Assembly: GCA_963744145.1 (NCBI GenBank)
Contig: CAVUSO010000001.1
Coordinates: 4,160,001 to 4,224,000 of the forward strand
DNA: 64,000 bases
Direction of reading: 5' to 3'
Source of the DNA: an uncultured cyanobacterium
GTDB taxonomy: Bacteria; Cyanobacteriota; Cyanobacteriia; Cyanobacteriales; CAWUOF01
Shown: piece after piece, positions 9,201 to 17,497 of the stretch
Numbering within the stretch: the first letter of the stretch is position 1
Layout of the letters: each line of letters starts with the position of its first letter
Position numbers and translations under genes: made by a program
Notes under the pieces: model-generated
The model's database searches: none
Seen by the model: the letters and a program-made list of their open reading frames with translations, nothing else
Told to the model about the DNA's origin: nothing

Positions 9201-10490
9201 CTGCAAACTGGTCAACCAATCTGCGATGTAGAAATTCATGGCAAAACTCGCAAATATTCTAGTATTGATCGAACTTGGCTTGCTTCCTATTTTCCCATCA
9301 CCTTTGCTACCGATCGCCATCCATCTCAGCTAGGAATTGGGATGATTATTGTCGAAATTACTGAGCGTAAACAAATCGAAGCTACTTTACAAGAATCTCA
9401 TCGTCGCTGGCGATCGCTACTTGATAATGTGCAATTAATTGTGATTGGTTTAGATCGACAAGGTAATATCGATTATCTCAATCCATTTTGTGAGCAACTT
9501 ACCGAATATACCCAAGCAGAAGTGATTGGTCAGTCAGGTTTTAATCTATTTGTTCCGAGTTATTTACACCTGAATTTTCAGGCTAATTTTGAACAATCTA
9601 TTTTAAAAGAAAACAATTTAAACTATCGCTATCCTTTTTTAACTAAATCTGGTGAAGAGCGGATGGTTGCTTGGAATAATACGGTGTTGCGAGATATTTC
9701 TGGTGAACCGATTGGCATGATTTGTATTGGTGAGGATATCACGGAACGCTATCATTTAGAGCGGATGAAGGGTGAATTTGTGGCGGTGGTTAGTCACGAA
9801 TTAAGAACTCCTTTAACTTCGATGCAAGCTGCTTTAAGTTTGTTGAATGAGAAAATTATTGATCCTAATTCTGCTGAAGGTGAACTCACGATTGAGATTG
9901 CGACTCAGGGAGTAGATCGTTTGGTTCGTCTAGTCAATGATATTCTAGATTTAGAACGTCTTGAATCTGGCAAAATCCGTCTGGAAAAATGTCTATGCAA
10001 TCTAGCTGATTTGCTAAATACTGCTGTGGCTCAAATGCAAGATCTGGCGAATCAGTCTGGAATTATTTTTGATGTTAAGTACCAGTCTTTGTCGATCTAT
10101 GTCGATCCGGATCGTCTGTTGCAAGTTTTAGTTAATTTACTGAGTAATGCGATTAAATTTTCTCCTAACGGTTCAACAATTTGGTTATCTACTCAATGTC
10201 AGAGTTTCCCAGATTTGCACTCCGATCGCAGTCCTAATTCCCTCCTCTTTACCATCAAAGATCAGGGACGTGGTATTCCGACAAGCTGTTTAGAAAGTAT
10301 TTTTGAGCGATTTCAGCAAGTAGACGCATCTGATTCTCGTCAAAAAGGTGGTACTGGACTGGGACTGGCAATCTGTCGTAATATTATCCAACAACATGGA
10401 GGAAAAATTTGGGTAGAAAGTATGATCGACAAAGGTAGCACTTTTTACTTTACAATTCCTATCCAAGAGTTGAATTCTGATGACCAATAA
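6288..10490 (+). CDS. Multi-PAS sensor histidine kinase
   Basis: About nine PAS/PAC units ending in D(I/V)(S/T)xRK-type motifs, H-box 'VSHELRTPL', 'NLLSNAIKFS', 'DQGRGI', 'GGTGLGLAI'. Confidence 0.93.
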   Translation: MNICTKTIDSNGHQHQLEKDQLLSRILAQISDVIVAINLEQQIIYWNQAAEEYYGIKAEQAIGKSEQECYQYCWLNPEDEAIAQESLAILGYWKGENIQRKLTGEEIIFESAINVFKDETGQMIGKIIVSRDISDRCTTELSLRQYERIVATTADCMCLIDGNYTYRIANPAYLKLLKKTHSEVVGHLISEVLGADNFSQNIKNYLDQSLNGQLVDNQLWIEIPHIGKRYIRRTYTPCLDQQENVIGAVVSLQDLTHLKQTEEALAKEILRNKILFNISFDGIVILDHQGNVIETNHSFAQMIGYPLAETTKLNVADWDPQWRENSQKCANKSLKQQETYFHRQDGSLCHVEISGNWVEWEGEIIKFCIVRDISDRKRVEAVLQEREAFLRSVGDNLPRGFLYQVSRELDGSDRFYYLSAGVERETGLKIADILQNTGLLHSQILPEDLEYMNQKVVESLANMSIFDVQVRERSPNGKIRWLHLTSKPRRLEDGRVVWDGIRLDITNLKQTEEKLRQNQARLIEAQQVAHIGNWEYNPSNGKIFWTEELFRLFNRDPALLEPNFPEYIQLYHPEDQDKLQQAIAYTISTGESYKLTLRTVTPTGNMRYIEGIGRAELTTDKQVIRIYGTIQDVTERILAEQELWESQEHYKILVQNAPVGIFKTDTQGNCLYVNPRWLEMTGLSRSEALGKGWVRAIHPDDQKRIINECKNGTKQGSYWTMEYRFLKPNGKEIWVSGQVVPFRNNLGEIISYFGTVMDITVHKQAEESLYQGKEYYRSLITALAEGIVFQQADSEITDCNESAQRILGLSADQIMGRTSIDSIWKAIHEDGSQFLGENHPSMVTLRTGQPQANVVMGVHKPDGSLTWISINSQPLIQPGESQASGVVCSFSDITEKRKLTQELAQKTKLLDSFINCAPVGMAFLDDQLRFSLVNEALAEMNGISVAEHIGKTPGEILSDLKNQIEPIFTEVLQTGQPICDVEIHGKTRKYSSIDRTWLASYFPITFATDRHPSQLGIGMIIVEITERKQIEATLQESHRRWRSLLDNVQLIVIGLDRQGNIDYLNPFCEQLTEYTQAEVIGQSGFNLFVPSYLHLNFQANFEQSILKENNLNYRYPFLTKSGEERMVAWNNTVLRDISGEPIGMICIGEDITERYHLERMKGEFVAVVSHELRTPLTSMQAALSLLNEKIIDPNSAEGELTIEIATQGVDRLVRLVNDILDLERLESGKIRLEKCLCNLADLLNTAVAQMQDLANQSGIIFDVKYQSLSIYVDPDRLLQVLVNLLSNAIKFSPNGSTIWLSTQCQSFPDLHSDRSPNSLLFTIKDQGRGIPTSCLESIFERFQQVDASDSRQKGGTGLGLAICRNIIQQHGGKIWVESMIDKGSTFYFTIPIQELNSDDQ

Positions 10491-10857
10491 ACTGATTCTA
10501 ATTGTTGATGACGATACAGCAATTCGTCGGATTGTCCAAATTTCTCTCAAAGCACTCACTGGTTGGGAAGTTTTAGAAGCAAGTTCGGGTGAAACAGGAT
10601 TAGCGATCGCACAAGCTGAAGTTCCCGATGTCATTCTGCTGGATGTAATGATGCCCGAAATGGATGGAGTTACTACTCTTTTACTAATGAAAGCTCATCC
10701 TGTAGTTCAGTCAATTCCGGTGATTTTTCTCACAGCTAAAGCCCAATTGAGTGAACAAAAGCAATTTGCTCAACTCGCGATCGCTGGAGTGATCACTAAA
10801 CCTTTCAAAGCTACGGAACTGGTGCAACAAATGCGTTCAATTCTTAACTGGAATTAA
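10480..10857 (+). CDS. Single-domain response regulator (CheY-like)
   Basis: 'ILIVDDD', 'ILLDVMMP', 'FLTA', 'TKPF'; overlaps the kinase stop. Confidence 0.92.
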   Translation: MTNKLILIVDDDTAIRRIVQISLKALTGWEVLEASSGETGLAIAQAEVPDVILLDVMMPEMDGVTTLLLMKAHPVVQSIPVIFLTAKAQLSEQKQFAQLAIAGVITKPFKATELVQQMRSILNWN

Positions 10858-10886
10858 TCGGATTTGTTCAGATAACTTTATGGCAA

Positions 10887-13121
10887 TTATTTGATCGGAA
10901 TTTTAATCAGAAACTCCGTACCCTGTTCCGGGGTAGAAATACATTCAATTTGACCATGATGTTTTTCAACAACTATTTGGTAGCTAATCGATAAACCTAA
11001 ACCTGTACCTTTACCAACAGGTTTGGTCGTAAAAAATGGATCAAAAAGTCGCATTCTGACTTCCTCACTCATCCCCGGACCATTATCAGCAATCCGAATC
11101 GCAATATAACCAGTTGCTAATACTTCTGTCCTAATTAAAATTGTGGGTGTGAAGTTTGGCAAATTTCCCTTTTCTGTCATCAAATCTTCTAAAGCATCAA
11201 TCCCATTAGTTAAAATATTCATAAATACCTGATTGAGTTGTCCCGCATAACATTGTATTTTTGGTAAATCTCCATATTGTTTGATAATTTCAATCGCTGG
11301 ATGATGAGGAGATGCTTTGAAACGATGTTGCAGAATCAGGAGTGTATTGTCAATACCAACATGAAGATCAACCGCTTTGATTTGGGATTCATCTAAACGG
11401 GAAAAGTTCCGTAAACTCAACACAATCTGACGAATCCGATCTGCTCCTAATTTCATTGAATCTATTAATTTCGGCAAATCTTCCCGGATAAAATCTAAAT
11501 CAATTCCTGCTGCGGCTTCCTGGATTTCAGGGCTCGGGTCAGGATACTTCATTGTATAAATTTGGAGTAGTTTAAGTAGGTCATGAGCGTATTGGTTAGC
11601 ATACCGGAGATTGCCATAAATAAAATTAACTGGATTGTTAATTTCATGGGCTACTCCTGCTACTAATTGTCCCAGACTAGACATCTTTTCGGTTTGAATT
11701 AGTTGACTTTGAGTATGTTGCAAATCCAGCAGGGTTTGTTCCAGTTTAGTAGCTTGCTCTAGCGCTCTGCTTTCTGATTGTCTCAGAGCTTCTTCTTTGA
11801 GAATTCGCTCAGTAATATCTTCGACCGTACCTAAAATACCAACTACTTTCCCCTGACTATCATGGAGCGGGATTTTATTGGTATCTAACCAGATTTGGGT
11901 GCCATCTTCTTGCTGTTTGCAAGTAATAATATGATATTCAGCTTGGTTACTTTCCATCACCTGGCGATCGCGTTGAATAATTAGCTCTGCTTCGGCTTTT
12001 TTAAAAGGTAAATCCCAATCAGTTTTGCCAATGATCTGCTCCGGAATATTAATTCCAGCAATCCGAGCAAAATTTTGATTACATCCCAAATAAACAGAAT
12101 TTTGATCTTTCCAGAAAATGTGTTGAGGGATATTATCGATCACTAATTGCAACATTGCTTGAGATTGACGCAGTTGTTCTTCGATGGATTTGCGCTCGGA
12201 AATTTGGTTTTGCAGATGGGTAATCGCATTTTTAAAAGCCATTGTCCTTGCTTCGACTTTTAATTCCAAACTCTCTTTCGCTATTTTGAGGTCTTCTTCT
12301 GTACGTTTGCGATTAGTAATGTCTTTAACTGTACCAATCATCCGGATTGGTTTTAATCGTTGATCGCGAATTACTTCAGCAGTACTCGCAATCCAATGCA
12401 GACTATGATCAGGCCAATAAATGCGATATTCTATTTGGTATTCAGCTCCTTCTTCTAGGGTACGTGCGATCGCGTACATTACCCGAGCCCGATCATCAGG
12501 ATGAATGGGATTGAGAAAAGCTTCATAATCAGTAATCACACCAGCAACTGATATACCCAAAATTGATTCTGTGGTTTTCGAGCAAGTTATTTCGTTGTTG
12601 ATAATATACCAATCCCAAGTCCCCAATTTGGCTGCTTTGAGGGCTAATTGTAACCCTTTTTCACTTTTACGCAGAGCTGTTTCCACTGCTAAGGTCTGCT
12701 CCTCATTAGGACTCAGATCACGTACCCAAACATAGATTACTTGTTCTTCTGTCGAAAATTGAGCGTTCCATAACAGCCATTTATAGACACCATCCGCAGT
12801 ACAATAACGATTTTTCCAAGTACAAATATTAAGTTCTGTGGTCAGTTTTTGCCATTGTTTACAAGTTAATTCCCGATCTTCCGGGTGAACAAATTCAATT
12901 TGGGACTGATACAATAATTTTTCTGGAGAAAACCCCAGAACTTTTGACCACATGGGGTTAATGGCCAAGAAATGGCCATTAATATCGATGATCCCAAGCA
13001 GATCCGGTGATAGCTGGAAAAAACGATCTCTCACTTCTGCTTGGTTGATAGTTACTTGGGGATGACTAGGGATTTGGGAATCTCCTATCTGAGTTGCCAT
13101 TTTCCACATCTTGTTATTCAA
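10887..13121 (-). CDS. PAS-domain sensor histidine kinase (NtrB-like)
   Basis: Three PAS domains, 'VAHEINNP', '[13 protein letters not shown]', 'DNGPG', '[11 protein letters not shown]'. Confidence 0.92.
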   Translation of the reverse strand: MNNKMWKMATQIGDSQIPSHPQVTINQAEVRDRFFQLSPDLLGIIDINGHFLAINPMWSKVLGFSPEKLLYQSQIEFVHPEDRELTCKQWQKLTTELNICTWKNRYCTADGVYKWLLWNAQFSTEEQVIYVWVRDLSPNEEQTLAVETALRKSEKGLQLALKAAKLGTWDWYIINNEITCSKTTESILGISVAGVITDYEAFLNPIHPDDRARVMYAIARTLEEGAEYQIEYRIYWPDHSLHWIASTAEVIRDQRLKPIRMIGTVKDITNRKRTEEDLKIAKESLELKVEARTMAFKNAITHLQNQISERKSIEEQLRQSQAMLQLVIDNIPQHIFWKDQNSVYLGCNQNFARIAGINIPEQIIGKTDWDLPFKKAEAELIIQRDRQVMESNQAEYHIITCKQQEDGTQIWLDTNKIPLHDSQGKVVGILGTVEDITERILKEEALRQSESRALEQATKLEQTLLDLQHTQSQLIQTEKMSSLGQLVAGVAHEINNPVNFIYGNLRYANQYAHDLLKLLQIYTMKYPDPSPEIQEAAAGIDLDFIREDLPKLIDSMKLGADRIRQIVLSLRNFSRLDESQIKAVDLHVGIDNTLLILQHRFKASPHHPAIEIIKQYGDLPKIQCYAGQLNQVFMNILTNGIDALEDLMTEKGNLPNFTPTILIRTEVLATGYIAIRIADNGPGMSEEVRMRLFDPFFTTKPVGKGTGLGLSISYQIVVEKHHGQIECISTPEQGTEFLIKIPIK

Positions 13122-13265
13122 TGGGTGAAGGTGATCTGCATTTCTAGCAAAGGCAGAATCATGTATTATTATTTTATTAATCTAAGGAACTGACCCCTGA
13201 TCTGGAAAATCTGGTTCTTTACTATAAAGATACAACTGGAGCATGGGGTTTTCCCCAATCATTGG

Positions 13266-14927
13266 CTAATCAGCTTCAGATTCTGCTGCTTTGATACCTT
13301 CCCAATTGAGATAGGTCTCTTTAAAATGACGGAAGATTTCTTGATAAATTTGGCTACTGACGCGATCGCCCCGTTTCCCATCTTCTAGTTTAATATCATC
13401 CACAAAAAAGTCTAAAACAAATTCAATCCGCACATTGGACTCTTCATAAGTCATCCCGATGATTCTAATCTTAGGTTCTTGCCATTTTTTCCTGGGAGCT
13501 TTCAAATTCTCTTTCAACCACTGAATAAATTCGAGGACATAATCATCTAAGCGAGTTTCCTCAGCTTCCGGATTAGCAATTTTTTGTGATAAGCGTTGTG
13601 CTCTTCGGGTTAATAAATTAATCTTCCGCTCCCATTCGTCGGAAATAAAATATTGATCATCATCTAATAAATTTGGATCTTGTAGCCAAGTTCGATACCA
13701 GTCTCGGATTAATTCAATTAATCCCTCTGATTCATTACTTTCTTCAAAATTCAACGCGACTCGATTTTTATTGGGATCATCAATCAGTTTGAAACCCATA
13801 ATTTCCAACGCACCTTGATATTCCTGTTGGACATTTTCGATTTCCTCTGCGGTTAATCCTCCTTTTCCAGCAAACTGCATCGTCACTGCTAAAGCTTCTA
13901 GAGCTTGTTGTAATTCCTCTAATTTGTAATTAACAGATTGTTCACACAAAAGCCGATTTTTACCAATTTCTTGTTGTTTGAGGACATTTTCATCATAATT
14001 TTCCGCATTATAGTAGTTATCAATTACTTCAATTTTAGTGTCAATATCTCCTAAGGTATCTGGATGAGCTAAAATAATTTCTTCCATTAATTTTTGCGAT
14101 TCTTCAATATTGCACTCCGAAGGGATTTCCAGGGAAATTGAGTAATGGTAAAATGAGGTAGGACGACTTAAATTAACAATGTTTTGACCCTGCAAAACGC
14201 TGTTGGGAACATAAATTTCACAATGTTCACTAAATATATATAGTTGAGTTACTCTAATCCCAATTTTCCGCAGCATCCCAATGGAACCATCTTCCAGACG
14301 CATAATATCCCCAAATCGAAAAGGGCTATCAATCAATAAAACTATGCCACTAAAAAAATTAGCTAAGATATCTTGCAGCGCAAAACCAAGCACAAAGGTA
14401 GCACCTCCTAGTGCTACCCAAATTCCGCTCAAATCTATGCCAAATGCACTGATGACTAACACCGCAGCGAAGGTATAAATTAGGAAGGGGACAATTGCTG
14501 ATAAAATCGGTAGCAATACGTCATCCCACATCGCTTCCGTTTGTTTAGTGTATTGTTTTAAATAATAAATAAATACATCGTTAAATATTTTGCTCAACCA
14601 ATAACTAAAAATTATCGCCATCATGGCAACCAAGATATGACTGATAATGTTCGCAATATTTTCCGGTAATATTTTTTCTAAAATTAGTTTCTGACTAAAC
14701 AGAGCAAAGCCAAGTATAGCTGGATTAGCAGAAACGTTGACGGTAACAATGGCAATATCTTTTTCTAATTTGCGGAAAATTGGCCGCAATATATAATAAA
14801 ACAATACATATAAGATCAGGGTGCCAACTCCAGTAAATAGTAATCCGATCAGAAACAAACTACCCTTATTCATTTGTTCTAGTTGGGCTAATATTTCTGG
14901 TAATTGGGTCAATAAGGTTTCTAACAT
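13266..14927 (-). CDS. MscS-family mechanosensitive channel with long C-terminal insertion
   Basis: TM N-terminus, 'GFALQDILANFFSG', 'PFRFGD', 'IGIRVT', 'VPNS'. Confidence 0.88.
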   Translation of the reverse strand: MLETLLTQLPEILAQLEQMNKGSLFLIGLLFTGVGTLILYVLFYYILRPIFRKLEKDIAIVTVNVSANPAILGFALFSQKLILEKILPENIANIISHILVAMMAIIFSYWLSKIFNDVFIYYLKQYTKQTEAMWDDVLLPILSAIVPFLIYTFAAVLVISAFGIDLSGIWVALGGATFVLGFALQDILANFFSGIVLLIDSPFRFGDIMRLEDGSIGMLRKIGIRVTQLYIFSEHCEIYVPNSVLQGQNIVNLSRPTSFYHYSISLEIPSECNIEESQKLMEEIILAHPDTLGDIDTKIEVIDNYYNAENYDENVLKQQEIGKNRLLCEQSVNYKLEELQQALEALAVTMQFAGKGGLTAEEIENVQQEYQGALEIMGFKLIDDPNKNRVALNFEESNESEGLIELIRDWYRTWLQDPNLLDDDQYFISDEWERKINLLTRRAQRLSQKIANPEAEETRLDDYVLEFIQWLKENLKAPRKKWQEPKIRIIGMTYEESNVRIEFVLDFFVDDIKLEDGKRGDRVSSQIYQEIFRHFKETYLNWEGIKAAESEAD

Positions 14928-15043
14928 AGTTTTTTCCTGTCACCAAACTTAATCATAATTTATCTCATGAGTTGGAGCAGTTAATCAACATTAACTAAAA
15001 TTTTGTTGACCATCTTGGCGATCGGCTCCAACTTCGCTTTCGC

Positions 15044-15418
15044 TTATTCTACCTGTAATTTTAATCCTGGTAGTAATCGCTCTAAATTTTTCAATGATTT
15101 ATTTTGCCAAGGCATTTTTTTCGAGCCGATCACTGTTAATTGTGCCCCCTTTTTTTTTCGCATCCCCAAAACAAATTTAGACAACATACTAATTCCCGAA
15201 CTATTCAGAAATGCTAATTCTTTCACATTTAATGTGATTATTGATTGCTTTTTAGCTACATTATTGAGCAGATCAACGATCGGAGCATAATCTTTTGGAC
15301 CACCAAGAGTTATTTGTCCCTGAAAATAAACCGTTACAGTTTCTGGTTCGTAGGTAACTTGATATCCATCACCTTTTACTTCTTGATTAGCTGTAACTTT
15401 TTCTTCTGGTTTAGCCAT
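15044..15418 (-). CDS. STAS-like anti-anti-sigma / SiaC-like protein (Slr1659-like)
   Basis: 'LNVKELAFLNSSGISML' phospho-acceptor loop and 'PWQNKSLKNL'; ATG 15418 preceded by GAGG. Confidence 0.75.
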   Translation of the reverse strand: MAKPEEKVTANQEVKGDGYQVTYEPETVTVYFQGQITLGGPKDYAPIVDLLNNVAKKQSIITLNVKELAFLNSSGISMLSKFVLGMRKKKGAQLTVIGSKKMPWQNKSLKNLERLLPGLKLQVE

Positions 15419-15462
15419 AATTTTTTCCTCTGTTGTTATGTAAAATGAGCAATGAATCACAA

Positions 15463-16065
15463 TTATACAACTAATTGAGCCATAGTGATCACCATCATGA
15501 TTTTTGGATTATCTAGATTGGGCACAAATTTCCAACCTAATTTTGCCGAATAATCATTGATCATGGTCAGTAAACCCAAACCAGAAGCTTCCTCATTTTC
15601 ATCTTCAGCAGCTTTTTCTACTTGCTGGATATATAACTCATTCGGATCATTAGAAAGCAGTTCTTGAATCAAGTTTTGAAATTTATCAACTTGACTAAGT
15701 TTAATACTATTCTTAGTAAAAATTACTGCCGTAGTTTTGTTGATATCTCTCCCAAAATAAATACCAATCTGAACTGAATTTGGTTCGGGATCTACATTAA
15801 ATTTGATTGCATTTTCTAAGAGTTCGTTTCCCACATAGCTAATGGTATTTTTACTTTCCTTGATCCGCTCTTCTTGCTCCGTATCATCACCATTAATTGA
15901 CAAAAATGATGAAAAATAGTCAGCTAGAAAATAAGCTGATAACAGATTATTACCCCACAGTTTTCCCTGGGGAGTAGAACTAAAGGTAAAACTCAGTTCC
16001 ACTCCATCGTATTGATGGGGAAATACCTCAATAAATTGTCCAAATACTTCACTCATATCAGTCAC
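15463..16065 (-). CDS. GHKL-like Ser/Thr kinase, anti-sigma/SiaB-like (Slr1658-like)
   Basis: N-box 'NELLENAIKF' and G-box 'SGLGLLTMINDY' without a His-phosphotransfer domain. Confidence 0.75.
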   Translation of the reverse strand: MTDMSEVFGQFIEVFPHQYDGVELSFTFSSTPQGKLWGNNLLSAYFLADYFSSFLSINGDDTEQEERIKESKNTISYVGNELLENAIKFNVDPEPNSVQIGIYFGRDINKTTAVIFTKNSIKLSQVDKFQNLIQELLSNDPNELYIQQVEKAAEDENEEASGLGLLTMINDYSAKLGWKFVPNLDNPKIMMVITMAQLVV

Positions 16066-16097
16066 ATTTTAATTTATAAAGTTAGAAAATTTCACCT

Positions 16098-17462
16098 TTA
16101 CCGTTTCCCAAAAAAACTAAATCTTCTTCTTTCTTTAGGAGGTTCCTTAACTTCCTCAACTTCCTCTTCCTCCTCGGTATCGTCAACCTCTTCCTCCTCC
16201 TCAGTATCCTCAACTTCCTCAATTTCCTCCTCAGTATCTTCAATTTCCTCGGTATCTTCAGCTAATTCTGAGTCATCAAATTCCTTTTGTTTAATTACCA
16301 ATAAAGTAATATCATCAAAAACTCTTTGCTCACCAATAAAACCTTTAACATCAGTAATGATTGCTTGTTTAATTTCTTCAGCAGATTTCGTCCAGTTATC
16401 ACTAGCAACTTGACATAATCTCGGAATTCCATATTGTTCATTATCCATGTTATAAGCTTCCGGAATTCCATCCGTATATAGGACAATTCCATCACCCGGA
16501 TTTAATTCGATCGTCGTATGATTGATAAAATCACTAATATCTTCATCTAGTCCGATCGGAAACCCTAAATTCATGGTATTAATCCGTTCCGCTTGTCCGT
16601 TACTTCGGATCACGATCGTTTCTTCATGTTGACCACTAATCCTCACTTTACCCCGTTTATAAGTCAGAATCACTAAGGTCAAATTCTTCTCCGAGTTCAT
16701 CCGTCGGACATTCTTATAAATCGTGCGATTGAGAGCATCTAAAAATTTATTTGGGTTTAATTCACGAATTTCCTTGAGCGTCCGTACTGCGGTTTGGGTC
16801 ATGACCATTAAAATCCCACTTTCCAATCCATGTCCAGTTACATCCCCAATCCCAATGGTGACAATGCCATCCATTTCCAAAATATCATAGTAATCACCAC
16901 CTACTTCATCCGCAGGTTCCATATATCCCGCAATTTCTAAACCTGCGATCGTCTCTAATTCTTCTGGTGTTGGCAAAATCATATGTTGCATTTGGCGCAA
17001 CATATCCAATTCTTTAGCCATCCGTACATTTTCTGATTGCAGAATTGCTTCAGCTTCCTGTCGTTTGAGCAAATTTACATAAGCTTTGGAGTGATAGCGA
17101 ATCCGTGCAATTAATTCAGCTTTATCGGGCAGTTTAACTATATAATCATTAGCTCCTAATTCAAAGGCTTTTGCTTTAATCAAAGGCTCTTCTTTACTCG
17201 AAAGCACAATTAAAGGAACAAATCTAGTTGGTGAATTGTGGGAGCGCAGAAACCGAACTAAAACTAGTCCTTCTATTTCGGGCATAACTAAGTCTTGTAA
17301 AATCACAGTTGGATCACAGGACTTAGCCATTTGGAGAGCTTGGGTGGGATTGCTACAGTAATGGAAAGTTATATCTTTTTCTGCTAGTAACATCCGACGC
17401 ACAGCTTCACCGATCACGGGCTGATCGTCGATAAGCAAAACTGTAATTGGATCTTGAAACAC
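16098..17462 (-). CDS. REC + SpoIIE/PP2C phosphatase with acidic C-terminal tail
   Basis: WspR-like REC 'LQDLVMP', then 'VGGDYYD', 'GDVTGHG', 'LYTDGIPE', 'DDITLLV'. Confidence 0.9.
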   Translation of the reverse strand: MFQDPITVLLIDDQPVIGEAVRRMLLAEKDITFHYCSNPTQALQMAKSCDPTVILQDLVMPEIEGLVLVRFLRSHNSPTRFVPLIVLSSKEEPLIKAKAFELGANDYIVKLPDKAELIARIRYHSKAYVNLLKRQEAEAILQSENVRMAKELDMLRQMQHMILPTPEELETIAGLEIAGYMEPADEVGGDYYDILEMDGIVTIGIGDVTGHGLESGILMVMTQTAVRTLKEIRELNPNKFLDALNRTIYKNVRRMNSEKNLTLVILTYKRGKVRISGQHEETIVIRSNGQAERINTMNLGFPIGLDEDISDFINHTTIELNPGDGIVLYTDGIPEAYNMDNEQYGIPRLCQVASDNWTKSAEEIKQAIITDVKGFIGEQRVFDDITLLVIKQKEFDDSELAEDTEEIEDTEEEIEEVEDTEEEEEVDDTEEEEEVEEVKEPPKERRRFSFFGKR

Positions 17463-17497
17463 TATTTTAGTCTCCTTGCAAACAGATTACTCATTCA

